Origin: Octopus vulgaris
Taxonomy: Eukaryota
NCBI GenBank assembly: GCA_951406725.2
Contig: OX597816.1
Coordinates: forward strand, 64,728,001-64,792,000
Length of the DNA stretch: 64,000 bases
Reading direction: 5' to 3'
Below the pieces are notes generated by a model. The model saw only the letters and a program-made list of their open reading frames with translations, ran no database searches and was not told the origin of the DNA. This document shows, one piece after another, positions 1 to 13,097 of the stretch (its first letter is position 1; every line of letters begins with the position of its first letter). A program made the position numbers and the translations under genes.

Positions 1-211
1 CCGTTGCAGGTGAGCTGCAAGATGCAGGAGGAAAGAGTGAGAGAAAGTTTTGGCGAAAGAGTAAGCAGAAGTTCGCCATTACCTTCTGCCGGAGCAGCGT
101 GGAGATTAAGTGTTTTGCCCATAAACACACACATCGCCTGGCCTGAGATTCGAACCCGCGATCTCTAGAGCGCGAGTTCGCTACTCTTACCACTAGGCCA
201 AGTGCCTCCAC
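1..211 (-). mobile_element. tRNA-derived SINE family C (5' part, cut by window edge)
   Basis: Reverse complement reads GTGGAGGCAC-TTGGCCTAGTGG (A box)...GGTTCGAATC (B box). It closely matches the copy at 37643-37950. Confidence 0.8.
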
Positions 212-735
212 TATGCACATATATACCCTAACATATATAATGATACACACACACAGGCACTTGTAAAATGTTATGTTAATGGGAAGTAACTTAGATGAGA
301 GAAAGAGAATTGGAGATGGAAATAGACAATATTGTACATACATTGTTTTTTGTATTGTTCTTCTCTCCAGGGAAGCTCAGCAACGTGGGAAAATCTATTG
401 AGAAACATTGATCTATTATTCATACATCCTATCGCATACTTTACATTATTATAACATTACAGCTGAAAAGGAATCATTATTATGGCATTATTCTATCATA
501 AGATATGCATAATCACACAGCTGCAAAGTTAATGATATAACAGAAACTAATTATCCTATCATGCGTTCGTTGAGACTAATTGTAAATGACTCTTCTTCCC
601 TGCTTCAATAAAATTCCAGTAAGATGATTCCCAAATTGTTGAGTTGAAATAGCATTATGTAGAAGCCATATTTGATGCGAGTGTCACTTTCCTAACAATC
701 TCACCCGTCTACCTCTCGCTACCAATCCACATTTT

Positions 736-737
<2 letters not shown>

Positions 738-822
<85 letters not shown>
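738..822. repeat. (CT)n(TA)n compound microsatellite
   Basis: Seen directly; it explains ORF 684..869. Confidence 0.95.
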
Positions 823-828
<6 letters not shown>

Positions 829-1137
829 CATATATACCTTTGTATATATACAAACACATAGACACTCATTTATTCATCCAGGCATATACATGTGTCTGCA
901 TGTATGCGTAAACATTCGTATGTTTGTTCATACATCCAAACACGAACACACAAACACACCTCTATGCATCTTTATATGGAGGTTATGACGCTACATAATC
1001 ATTGCGTAATTGATTGACACACGTGCAGCTATGTGGTGGTGAGTTAGAATGTCAAATTACCGACATAGGTTCAATAAACTTATGTTGGCAGCTGTTCTGC
1101 ACATAAAGAGTTACAACGGTAAGGATACAGTGAGTCT

Positions 1138-1207
<70 letters not shown>

Positions 1208-1447
1208 AACACATAAGGAATCTACTTGTGGGATTCAACACGCTAGAAAGAACAGCTAGGTTCTATAACCACAAAAAGTAGGGATAAAATCCGACAGGTA
1301 CAAAATGAAAAAATAAAAACTTTTACCATCTAGATTCCTGAACCAATTGGATTCCTTGTGTGTTTAAATGCACACTGTATTTAATGAGTAATACATAGTT
1401 TTGGACTGATTTAGAGCCAAAGCGATCTACACGACAGAATATATAAA

Positions 1448-2048
1448 GGCGGCGAGCTGGCAGAAATGTTAGCACGCTGGGTGAAATGCTCAGCGGTATT
1501 TCGTCTGCGTTACGTTTTGAGTTTAAATTCCGCCGAGATAGACTTTGCCTTTCATCCTTTCGGGGTCGATAAATTAGGTACCAGTTACGCACTGGGGTCG
1601 ATGTAATCGATTTAATACCTATGTCTGTCCTTGTTTGTCCTTTCTGTGTGTAGCCCCTTGTGTATAGTAAAGAAATAGGTATTTCGTCTGCCGTTACGTT
1701 CTGAGTTCATATTCCGCCGAGGTAAACTTTGCCTTTCATCCTTTCGGGGCCGATAAATTAAGTACCAGTTACGCACTGGGGTCGATGTAATCGACTTAAT
1801 ACCTATGTCTGTCCTTGTTTGTCCTTTCTGTGTGTAGCCCCTTGTGTATAGTAAAGAAATAGGTATTTCGTCTGCCGTTACGTTCTGAGTTCATATTCCG
1901 CCGAGGTCGACTCTGCCTTTCATCCTTTCGGGGTCGATAAATTAAGCACCAGTTACGCACTGGGGTCGGTGTAATCGACATAATCCCTTTGTCTGACCTT
2001 GTTTGTCCCCTCTATGTTTATCCTCTTGTGGGCAATAAAGAAATAAGA
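1448..2048 (+). mobile_element. SINE family A, trimeric (one tRNA-like head plus three ~184-bp bodies)
   Basis: Head GGCGGCGAGCTGGCAGAA...GAGTTYAAATTCC; GTATTTCG restarts at 1496, 1679 and 1863. The core GCCTTTCATCCTTTCGGGGTCGATAAATTAAGTACCAG resembles the Meta/MESC SINE domain (from memory). Confidence 0.85.
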
Positions 2049-2527
2049 ATTTTTGTGTGTTTTATATTCCTGTGTGCATGCGGACATGTGTGTATATCAT
2101 TTTGTGAATACAAAAATGCTTACATATTCAGTGTGTTGAATACGTGATTTCTTTTTCAACATTTTGAATTGAAAACCTGACTGTTCTGTAATTTCCATTT
2201 TTTTTTCTATTATCTGCACGTTATTGTTGTGTTCTTTTTTTTTTTTCAGATACTCATATGATTGCTGTAAAGTATGTTTGAAGCTAATTTTTCCATTGCC
2301 CAGTGCTTCGTTGCTGGCTGAGAATCTGGATGGTCTTCTAAGCAGGAATTTTATAAATGACATTTTATATCTATGTTGACAGTGACTATCTACACAAATG
2401 TAGGCATTTATATGAACATGCATTTAATTTGATCTTTATTGTAAACGGACGTGATATATCGGTTAATTTTCTCTCAGATGATATATATACATTGCAGACA
2501 CACACACATGCGTATGTATATACATGC

Positions 2528-2530
<3 letters not shown>

Positions 2531-2601
<71 letters not shown>

Positions 2602-2660
2602 GTGTATGTATGTATGTATGTATGTATGTATGTATGTATGTATGTATGTATGTATGTATG

Positions 2661-2704
<44 letters not shown>

Positions 2705-2752
2705 TATGTATACATACATATACATACATATATATATATATATGTATATATA
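2531..2752. repeat. (TA)n/(TG)n/(TATG)n compound microsatellite at the 5' flank of the Penelope-like element
   Basis: Seen directly. Confidence 0.95.
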
Positions 2753-2756
2753 TTTA

Positions 2757-3595
2757 AGATCAGAAATAGAGCTTCTAAGACTAAGGGCCTCCACAAATGA
2801 GGAAAAATTTAAAAGCATCGACGAGGAGATGCACAATATAATACAAAAACATACCGAAAGACAACCCCTAGAAAATACATTAGATCATTGGAAGGATACC
2901 TGTGAAAAAGAAGAGAGAAATTCTCTCCTGCGCTGGGAGAAAAACATCGATTTCTTCCAAAAATATAGTTCAACTTTCAAAAATGAATTGGGTACAAATA
3001 ATCCCTTCCTTAAGAAAATTACAAAAAATAAAAAAGAAAAACCAAACAACCCCCAACTATCCTCCATACACTAAAAACAGAAATCACCCACAACCAACCT
3101 TTGCAAACCACGCAAGACCTAAACAGGGAAATAGCTGACAGACGACGCGTCAATGAAATAAATTACACCAAAAACAGAACACACCAACAACATCCTAATA
3201 CCAGACCCAACCACCATACAGCACAAAACGACACTAGAATAAGAAATACACCACACACAAGTCGCTACTACCCCATGAACCAAAATTACTGGTCCCCACT
3301 GAACACAAGACAAACGCAAAAAAACACTATGTCAAGCAACATCCCACATACAAGCAGTTCGAAACACAAATATTTCACATACATAAATTTTACACACACC
3401 ACAAACAAAAACAACCATAGATTCCCACACACACACAACGATTGGGGGCAACAATACCACCATTCCCCCGACCCAATATCACACAACCTCACAGACAACT
3501 CATACAAACAAAATTACACCCAACATTTTTTAGCCAGGGACCAGAGACACCAGGACACAGGCTGGAACCTAGTAATAAGGAAAAACCGAAGATAA
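2757..3595 (+). pseudogene. Upstream ORF1-like/N-terminal region of the PLE (helical segment, then N/H/T/P-rich tract), broken by about two indels
   Basis: [12 protein letters not shown]...WKDTCEKEERNSLLRWEKN (ORF 2451), YTKNRNHPQP (ORF 2902) and YTKNRTHQQ...QHFLARDQ...RKNRR* (ORF 3101). Confidence 0.65.
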
Positions 3596-5882
3596 TTAAT
3601 CTTTCAACCAAACCTCTTTCTAACATAAAAATTGACATCCTCTCAAAAGGGCTCCAATTTACACCAACTCCACGCAGAGCCAACCTAAATGAAATCAAGG
3701 ATAATATAACAGAATTTTGCAGAAAATTAAGACTAGCAGAAGCATCAACCAGTTTCAATACTGAAGATGAATCACTAGTCAAGAACAAAAGTGAACACAT
3801 CCCACACAGAGTAAGAAATAAAAATCTTGATGAATTCTGTAACCACATTGAGAACTTTCCCTACCATACTATACATAAACAGAAAGTTAACTCAAATTTT
3901 AACACTACACAATGGAAGGAACTGATCGAACTTCAAAATGATGAGGATATAACCATTAAGGAAGCAGACAAGGGAAGTGCAGTTGTAATAATGCATACAT
4001 CATACTATAGAAATCTTGTAATTTCCTTGCTTGATGACGACCTACATTATGAAAAAATTACCAACTACACCCCACAAAAAATAATGAAAACTCTATCTTC
4101 ACTAATTAAAACCCATGAAAAGGAACTAACAACCAAAGAGATTGACTTTCTAACAAACTCTAAATGCAAACCTAGCCTTTTCTATGGTCTGCCAAAAATT
4201 CATAAAAGCCAAATTATAAATGAAACCATTAAAAAATCACCAAAGACATACATACACACACCTAACCCGGGGGACCTAAAACTACGACCCATTGTAGCTG
4301 GCCCAACCTGTGAAACACACAGACTAAGTCTATTTATGGACATCCTCCTGAAACCCTTCCTTAAACATATCGATAGCCATAGCAAAGATGACTTAGATAT
4401 GTTAAACCACCTTCCAAAAAAAGCCAAGGAAGAAACAATCCTGGTTTCATTTGATGTAGTAAACTTATATACCAGTATACCTCATAATTATGGACTAGAG
4501 GCAATACAGTTCTGGCTGGACCAATTTCCGGAAGAAATACCAAAAAGGATCAGTAAAGAATTCATTACTAAATCAATTGAATTCATCCTACATAATAACC
4601 ACTTCATGTTTGACAATACATTTTACCGTCAAAAATCCGGAATTGCTATGGGTACAAGGGCAGCACCAGTCATTGCGAGCCTAACAATGGGCTACATGGA
4701 AATAATCATTTACCAGGAATCTTTATCAATCTTTGGAAACCCCTTTCTCAATACATAAAAGAGAATAGGAAACGATTCTTAGACGATTGTTTTATACTCT
4801 GGAATGAAAACACAGATAAACTCCTAAAATTTAAAAACCTATTGAACAGCATAAACCCAAATATACAGTTCACAATGGAATACAACCAAAAGGAGCTCCC
4901 GTTCTTGGATATACTAATTAAAAAAAATAACCTTAAAATAGAAACAGACATTTTTTACAAAGCCACAGACGCCAAACAATACCTTCTTTTTAATTCATGC
5001 CACCCAAGACACACTAAAACAAACATCCCTTTCAACCTTGCAAGAAGGATATGCACAATAGTGTCAGAACAAAATACCAGGAACTTTAGACTGCAAGAAC
5101 TCAAAAACACCCTAATTGACAGACATTACCCAACTCAACTCATAGAGGATGGGATCAGACGTGCAATAGAAATTAACATAGAAACTTTAAGAAAAGTTCA
5201 ACCCAACAACACACCTTCCCCGAAAATACTACCTTACATATCTACATACAACCCCAGAAACTAAGAAGCCTTCACCATCATCACCCAGAATTTACCAATA
5301 CTTCATAAGGACCCCAAATCAAAGGAAAATCTAAACATACACCAAATCATTAAAAGCTACAAACAACCTAAATCACTTAAAAAGATTCTCACAAAGGCAA
5401 AATTGTTTTCTGAAATTACGGATGCAAAAGTAAAAAAATGTGGTAGATCGAACTGTGCAACATGTCCAAACCTGCTAGAAGGATCAGAATTCCTCTTTAA
5501 AGAGGGACAGAAATTCAAGATCAAATCTAACTTTACTTGTGCCTCTGAAAACATAATTTATGTCATAAAATGCTCGGGCTGCCACCAAGACTACGTGGGA
5601 TCCACGGGACTATCACTCAGACGTAGATGCACACTGCATCGACAACAGATTGCATTCCCAGAATACAGAATGATACCTTTTAGTGAGCACATTGAGAAAT
5701 GAGCAAAGCAACTACTACCACAATTTTTAATCTTTCCATTTTACCAATGTGCTATCGGATCATCAACACAAATTAGACTAAACAAGGAAACATTCTTCAT
5801 TGAAAAGTACAAGCCCAGACTTAACCATGCCAACATACTGATACAGAGAAATTCACACCAAGGGAAAGGAAAACATTTTTAA
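3526..5882 (+). pseudogene. PLE reverse transcriptase plus GIY-YIG endonuclease; frameshift near 4750, TAA at 5262, TGA at 5700
   Basis: Motifs LSKGLQF, EADKG, FYGLPKIHK, LRPIVA, SFDVVNLYTSIP, YRQKSGIAMG, RFLDDCF (4773), LPFLD, FNSCHP, CxxxxCxxC, IIYVIKCSGC-YVGST and RLNKETFFIEKYKPRLN. Confidence 0.92.
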
Positions 5883-6237
5883 GCGATTATCTCCCTTACA
5901 CCGGAAGAAATCACTCATTACCTCCCCTTATTTAGAACTCTTTTGAACATAAACATAACGATAACTCTATTCAACATAAACATAACGTCACAAGAAATTT
6001 GAAAAGCTAAACGCGCAACCGGTCTTCTAAATTATGTCATTGTAAGGAAAAAAAAAATTTAATATTCTTCAGACATATTGACGCAAATATATATATATTT
6101 TAACCTATAAGCCTTCTGTAGGTTTTTCACTTTTAACTATTTTCTATATATTCAACCACGTGCTTTCACAAACCAACTTCCTTATCTATATATCTTTATA
6201 TATACATATACCACACAGCAATGTCTGCACCTATATA

Positions 6238-6295
<58 letters not shown>

Positions 6296-6354
6296 TATAT
6301 GTGTGTGTGTCTATACACACACACACACACGCATATATATATATATATATACAG

Positions 6355-6730
6355 ACGTAGCTGTGTGGTAAGAAGTTTGCTTCCCAACTACATGGTTCCA
6401 GATTCAGTCCCACTGCTTGTCACATTGGGCGAATGGCTTCTACTCTATCCCCGGACCGATCAAAGCCCTGTGAGTGGATTTAGACGGAGACTGAAAGAAT
6501 CCCGTCGTATATACATGTGTGTGCGTGTGTGTTTGTGTATCTGTATTTGTACCCCACCATCAACGCTTGTCAACTGTTGATGGTGTGTTTACGTCCCCGA
6601 AAGATAGCATTTCTGCACAAGAGACCGATAGAATAAGTACTAGGTTTACATAGAATAAGTCTATTGCTTCGATAAAGGCGGTGCTCCAGCATGGCTGCAG
6701 TGAAATGACTGAAACAAATAAAGGGAAAAA
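6355..6730 (+). mobile_element. SINE family B (tRNA head, CORE-like middle, internal microsatellite, 3' tail)
   Basis: GCTGTGTGGTAAGAAGTTTGCTTCCCAAC...GGCGGTGCTCCAGCATGGC...GACTGAAACAA; homologous to the copies at 13097, 38179 and elsewhere. Confidence 0.85.
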
Positions 6731-6743
6731 AGAATATATATAT

Positions 6744-6804
6744 TAGGGTTATGACTTTCATTTTTTAAGAAGTAAACAAGTTCCTGTATAAAATGTCCAT
6801 GAAC

Positions 6805-6857
<53 letters not shown>

Positions 6858-8704
6858 GAAAATAACCTTTGTATCAAGTTTGTTTGTAAACATATCACCC
6901 CTAACTGAAGAAATCTAACACTACTTTTGACCCAAATCTAACAGAGCAACTCTAGTGTTATTGTCAACATCTGAAGCTGAGACTAAAAGTGAATATCAAG
7001 ATTTTGAAAAATCGGATGAAGAATCCACACAAACAAGAAGGAAGTATAGCAAAACTGGAACTTCAACCAAGTTAGTAATATCTTACAAGCTATTTAGTCC
7101 AAAAGCAGCGACTGTTTGTCGACAATTATCTCAAGATGGGATCAATGTCGAGACTCCTTCCCAATCTGGTATTTACAGATCGACTATCATAAAAACGAAT
7201 ATGAAGAAAACACTATATTTCAAATTGATGGTAAACGCACTGATGACCACGAATACCAAGTGCTAGATTAAAGAACGAACAGTGAGAAGTTAAGTTAGAA
7301 GCACTCCAATTACCTAACGGAAAAGCCGATACTGTTGTGAAAGGAATAACAGCTGTTTTAGGTGAATACAATTAATGGAACTGTATAGATATGATTGGCG
7401 CTGATACAACGAGTGTGAATACTGGGAAAAGAAATGGAATTGTCATTCAGTTGCAAAAGCTGTTTGCTCAAAAGGGTTTGAAAGAACCGCAGTTTATTGG
7501 TTGCCAGCATCATATCCTTGATAGAGTTCTTCATGCTGTAATGGATAACGAACTTGGTGAAAAAAAGTCATCTCCCAATATTGCATATACATTCATCCCA
7601 GAGCTTCTAAGTAATTACGAGAAACTCCAGGCTAATTTCAACAATTGTGACGAAAAGATTACTGAATCAGCAGGATGGTGAGATGATATGAAATTTCTAT
7701 TTCATTTGACCAGAGTTTTTTGTTTCTTTGAAGAAACCGGCAAATTTCCTACTTTAAAGCTTCAAGCAATACTCAACTTAATGCAAGATAGAATTTGAGC
7801 AATCCTAGCTCTTTTTTTGGCATTTATTCTTCTACTAGGGAAAAGCATTTTGCTTTTCAATGTTTGTCGATTAATCTCTTACAGCTGGGATGATTTTTGG
7901 TTTACTGACCAAATGTTTAATGCACAAAATTTTCAGAAATTATGTGTAAGCATTAAAAAAAAGCATTGAACTCTGGTAAAAGAATTTTGAAGTCTAAAAC
8001 GATCAAAACTGGAAATTCCCAGAACAGGTTAGTGCCGAACGGGCAGTCCAGTGCCTTCAAAATCTTTATAATGTTTGTAAAAATAAGAAGAAATTTCAGC
8101 TTCGATATATTTTATCTAACAAAACATATTAATTCGTTTTTATGTTTAAAAATTTACTAACATTCAGCACCATTTTTCTTATACAATTATTTAAAATTGG
8201 AATCAAACATATAAAGTTAAAAATATATATTGTTTTTAATTTCGTATATTATCGAATGTTTGTAGTGGCCTCTGTTTTAAAGTAGCCTAGTTTTGAACAT
8301 TTGCATACAACGATTTCAAATCAGTAATCTTAAAAATGTATAACTACACTTTTATTCTACATATCTCTTTTGTTTACAAGGATTTAGGCAGCGGAAATAC
8401 TGAAGCGTGAATTTAGTGTCACCTAGGCAGCTTATATTAAAAAGCCCTTAACTCTGAAACTACTTCAACAAAAATGTTGAAATTTCAGATATAGTATTTC
8501 TGCATGGTAAAATCTTGAGCAGGCGTTATGAACCCCGCTAGAATTTTGCATGATTTGGGTCATGGGTGGGGATCGATTTCTTAAGTTAGGGGTGACATAC
8601 TTCGTTCAAATAAAGCAAAATAACTGTTAGTTTCCTGACTTTTATGAAATTATTCATGGAATTACGGTATAGGGGTATTAGGTTGTTAAAAAGTCACAGC
8701 CCTA
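6744..8704 (+). mobile_element. hAT-superfamily (hATm-like) DNA transposon, decayed
   Basis: Terminal inverted repeats TAGGGTTATGACTTT and AAAGTCACAGCCCTA. Flanks are ATATATAT and ATATATAC (a low-complexity 8-bp TSD). A transposase remnant lies inside. Confidence 0.7.
6955..8128 (+). pseudogene. DDE transposase remnant with multiple stops and frameshifts
   Basis: ADTTSVNTGKRNG...FIGCQHHILD (DTTxxNTG plus a CxxH-type motif) in ORF 7391..7681. Confidence 0.75.
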
Positions 8705-8804
8705 ATATATACACACATACACACAGGCATCTATATATACATACCCAGACAGATATATGTATATATATGTAAGAGTATATGTATACATACATCTCTCTCT
8801 CCCT

Positions 8805-8838
<34 letters not shown>

Positions 8839-8861
8839 CTCTCTCTCTATATATATATATT

Positions 8862-8997
<136 letters not shown>

Positions 8998-9021
8998 CAC
9001 AAATATATATATATATATATA

Positions 9022-9311
9022 TGGTTGTGAGCTCGAATCACGGACCGGGCTGCGTGTTGTGTTCTTGAGCAAGGCACTTTATTTCACGTTGCTCCAGTTC
9101 ACTCAACTGTAGAAATGAGTTGCGACGTCACTGGTGCCAAGCTGTATCGACCTTTGTCTTTCCCTTGGATGACACTGGTGGCGTGGAGAGGGGAGGCTGG
9201 TATGCATGGGCGACTGCTGGCCTTCCATAAACAACCTTGCCCGGACTTGTGTCTAGGAGGGTAACTTTCTAGGTGCAATCCCATGTCATTCATGACCGAA
9301 GGGGGTCTTTA
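9022..9311 (+). mobile_element. 5'-truncated SINE (family D; body related to the 20858 copy, different tail)
   Basis: GGACCGGGC..GTTGTGTTCTTGAGCAAGGCACTTTATTTCACGTTGCTCCAGT is shared with 20930-20990. Confidence 0.65.
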
Positions 9312-10109
9312 TATATATACATGAAGAGAGAGAGAGAGATACAGACAGAGAGACAGACAGAGAGAGAGTGTCAGACAGACAGGTACATACACACAGCTAA
9401 ATCATTATATGATGAACGATAGCCATATTGGATAATTCTTGATTTTAATTAACATTATAATCTTGTGTTAAAAAACCTTTCTTGTTATCGAGAAATATGT
9501 CACGAATTCCATTGTAGACTTTCGTTTTCTGTTACGCTTATTCATCCCGTGGTAAACATTTTCCTTCTTTTTTTTTTTGTTATTTCCATTGAGGCGAAAA
9601 GGAAACTCGATATAACGAAAAGAAGGATGACATTTCAGTTAACAATAAAAGAGTAAAAATTCTGAGAAAATAAGATTACAATTTAATGAAAGGAAGGTAG
9701 ACAGACATAACGGTTTATTTGCTCGTGAATTTCACTCAAAATTTATTGACTTAATCCACAGCTAGACCCCAAGATGCATACGAAATATAATGAGCCGTGG
9801 GTCCTAAGCTTGAACACTTGTGTCAAGTCTTTTAAGCACTAGACCAGACTTTCTGCAAATACAACTGAATTTTGAAACTATTTACCATTTCAATTCTTAT
9901 ATACTTCACAGTTATTGATCAGTGAATGCTTTAATAACTACACTTTAAATGTATACTAGGAAGTGTTTAGATGTGGAAAATACTACTAGAATAGACAGAA
10001 CATTCTAGTTGTTTTAATTGGTTTCAATAGCGTTATAAATATGTATGTTCCACTTAATATGATTTCAGAGATGTGAATAATTAGTTCGCAGCTAAGTGAG
10101 ATGTAAAAC

Positions 10110-10151
10110 ATTCCCTCCCCAATCTCTTCTCTTCCTCCGCCTGCCTTTTGT

Positions 10152-10250
<99 letters not shown>

Positions 10251-10384
10251 CCTACCTATCTCTCTATCTCTCTATCTATCTATCTATCTGTCTCTCTATC
10301 TATCTGTTTGTCTGTCTGTCTGTCTGTCTATCTATCTGTCTATGTATCTGTCTGTCTGTCTGTCTATCTCTCTATCTCTCTCTA

Positions 10385-10431
<47 letters not shown>

Positions 10432-10597
10432 ATGTGTCTCATCCACTTTTCTCAATCATTATGTTTGTTTAACGTCTACACCCTTTCTATATCTCTCTTC
10501 CCTACCTTCTTTTCTCTCAAACATTTTCCCCATTTTTCAATTTTTCTCACTCCCTCCCGCTTTCTCTTCCTCCCCACTCTCCCCTCTCTCTTCTCTC

Positions 10598-10631
<34 letters not shown>

Positions 10632-10965
10632 TTCTATATATCAGTCTATATATCTGACTGTTTCTGATATTTGCTTTTATTTCCCACCCCCTCCCGCCAC
10701 TCTCTTTCTCACTGCTAGTTCTTGTGCCTATCTGCTGTTTGCTTCCACTCTCTCTTTCTCACACTCCCTGTATATCTTCCACTTTCTCTGCCTGCTTCTC
10801 CTTTTGTCTCTCACTTTCTCTGTCTTACCCTTTCATGATTTTGTCTGCTTGTTTTTATATATCATTTTTTCTTCATTTCAATTAATCTCTCTCCAACCTT
10901 TCGTTCTCACCGCCTTCTCTCTACCTTTCTCTCCCCTCCCTCCTCCTCTTTCTCCATCTCTTTCT
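10110..10965. repeat. (TATC)n/(TGTC)n/(CT)n plus a long polypyrimidine low-complexity tract
   Basis: Seen directly; it explains ORF 10096..10974. Confidence 0.9.
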
Positions 10966-11264
10966 GATAGTTGATGAGATGCTGTTGAAGTACCCCTTTA
11001 ATAGATCCTGCAGCAATATAGACCGACTCCAGGCCTATGTAATTAACAGTCACTCTAGCATTTCAGAGACCAAATGAAGAAGGCATTTTCAACACGTACA
11101 ACAACCATATTTTTTATGAATTAGTATCTCCTTACTCGGTATTAAAAATTTCACCTGAAATTAAATGAGAACAGTTGTTGCGTTACACATTATGCTGTTG
11201 CTAGTTAATTATAGAATTATCTAATAAACTTAATTATTGGATAGAATGTTTTTGTAAATATGGC

Positions 11265-11706
11265 TTAAAATTTTGTCACTAGGCCAGCAGTTATAGGAGA
11301 AATTTAAGCCGATTATATCGACCCCAGGGTTTCACTGCTACTTTTTTGATCGACTCCGAATCGATGAAAGGGGATGTTATCCTCAGTGGTATTTGAATTT
11401 GAATCATGAAGACGGACGAAATGAGGTTAAGCGTTTTACCGGGCATGCTAAAGGTTCTGACAGCCCGCCGTCATAAAGGCTTTATAAACGTTGGTTTCAA
11501 ATTTTGGCACAAGGCCAGTAATTTCGGGTGAAGAGGTAAGTCGATTACATCGACACCAAGTATTCTACTGGTACTTATTTTATCGACCCCGAAAAGATGA
11601 AAGGCAAACTCGTCACCTGAGCATTTGAACTCAGAACCTAAAGTCAGAAGAAATATCACTAAATATTCTTCTCGATATGTTAACGGTTTTCACAGGTCAC
11701 CGCCTT
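11265..11706 (-). mobile_element. Two tandem, diverged SINE A-related copies
   Basis: CGATTATATCGACCCC...GATGAAAGG...ATTTGAA appears twice (about 11310-11470 and 11540-11705). Confidence 0.65.
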
Positions 11707-12402
11707 AAAGGCTCTATAAATATTACCATAGGCACAGGTGTGACTGTATCAGTATTGAGTTCACTGTGAAATTTCGTGAATTCAGGTTCGATCCCAATGA
11801 TTCAAATATCTACTATTGATCAAAGTTATGTGAGCTCAGAAGCCGTTCCGCTTCTTAGTAGTAAAATTACCCCATCATGTCTTTTGACATCATGATTTAG
11901 TTGTTAGGAAAATTCGAGAAATGCCTAGTTTTTAAGATATATTCCTTACTTTAATCCATCACAGGGGCTCTGAAAAGCATCTTGATTGTAGTCCGTACTC
12001 GTCGGAATCAGTCATTAAATTTGGGAACAAAATTGGTTACATTTCCTAGCCGAGCCGATTTAGCTCTGTAGTCCCCTAGTAAAAATCAATGCACTGCGCT
12101 CTATAATGTGTATTTAATGACAGCAAGCCATAGCGTACATAGACCAGGCTAGAGTACCTGAGACGGTGAGGAACTGGAGTAGCTTCCCAATGTGTTCAGG
12201 AGTTACGACAGCATTGCTTCCGAGTTGTTTTCTCGGATATTATCAATTTCAATTTAGTTGTGTTTCAGCATTGCACTTTTTAGTTTCATCCGGCAAGATG
12301 GAGTCTGATTGTGGCTAAAATTTCCTGTCTCGTGTAATCGAGACAGCTGGTACTGTTGCTTGTGTTCCTTATGATAATGATGATGATGATGATGATAACA
12401 GC

Positions 12403-12449
<47 letters not shown>

Positions 12450-12459
12450 TAATTATAAT

Positions 12460-12552
12460 AAAACAGCAAACATTCTTGGCAGGGTTCTTGAAGTATGACC
12501 AGCAAACAAGCGTCACAACAAAATGAGTCGTGAATTTTGGCACAATAATAAC

Positions 12553-12605
<53 letters not shown>

Positions 12606-12739
12606 CATTCACTAGTACAACACCAAAAAAAAAAAAAAACCCAAATATATGGCACAGAACTTCCAACCTGTTGTCTCTTGAGGTCTCTGGGTGAGACTTG
12701 GAGCCAACTTGTACAGACATAAAGCAAAAGTCAAACATA

Positions 12740-12740
<1 letters not shown>
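12460..12740 (+). mobile_element. Two 5'-truncated R4/Dong-like LINE 3' ends stacked in (AAT)n
   Basis: 12460-12499 translates as KTANILGRVLEV*, like the RLE-LINE C-terminus TAxILRKVL. Each piece ends in an (AAT)n tract. Confidence 0.65.
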
Positions 12741-12806
<66 letters not shown>

Positions 12807-13000
12807 TGTTTCGAATTATGGCATTAGACCAGCATTCTCGTGGACGGATTGACTCGACCGCATATTTCGGGAATGCGTGGTTCGATTTACGCGAATCTTC
12901 TGTTATTCTGTGTGTATTCACATTTCAACGGTACCGTTGTCCGATTTACGCATAAATTGTTTTATTCCGTTTGTATTCACATGAGCATCTATACATACAT

Positions 13001-13096
<96 letters not shown>

Positions 13097-13097
<1 letters not shown>

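Larger units (their letters stand above)
2755..6200 (+). mobile_element. Penelope-like retroelement (Neptune-like), 5'-truncated and decayed, flanked by (TA)n
   Basis: PLE RT motifs followed by a CGRSNCATC linker and a C-terminal GIY-YIG domain. A-rich sense strand; TA tracts on both sides. Confidence 0.9.

Noticed and set aside
1496-1680. SINE A tandem unit as a retrozyme
   Set aside because: I found no CUGANGA/GAAA hammerhead core on either strand of the unit.
5700-5702. In-frame TGA at a probable Cys position as selenocysteine (as in Naiad PLEs)
   Set aside because: The copy also has a TAA and several frameshifts, so a TGY-to-TGA point mutation is simpler. I recognised no SECIS; a family consensus would settle it.
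10096-10974. 292-aa ORF and other [12 protein letters not shown]/poly-amino-acid ORFs across the window
   Set aside because: They are translations of microsatellites that lack stop codons.
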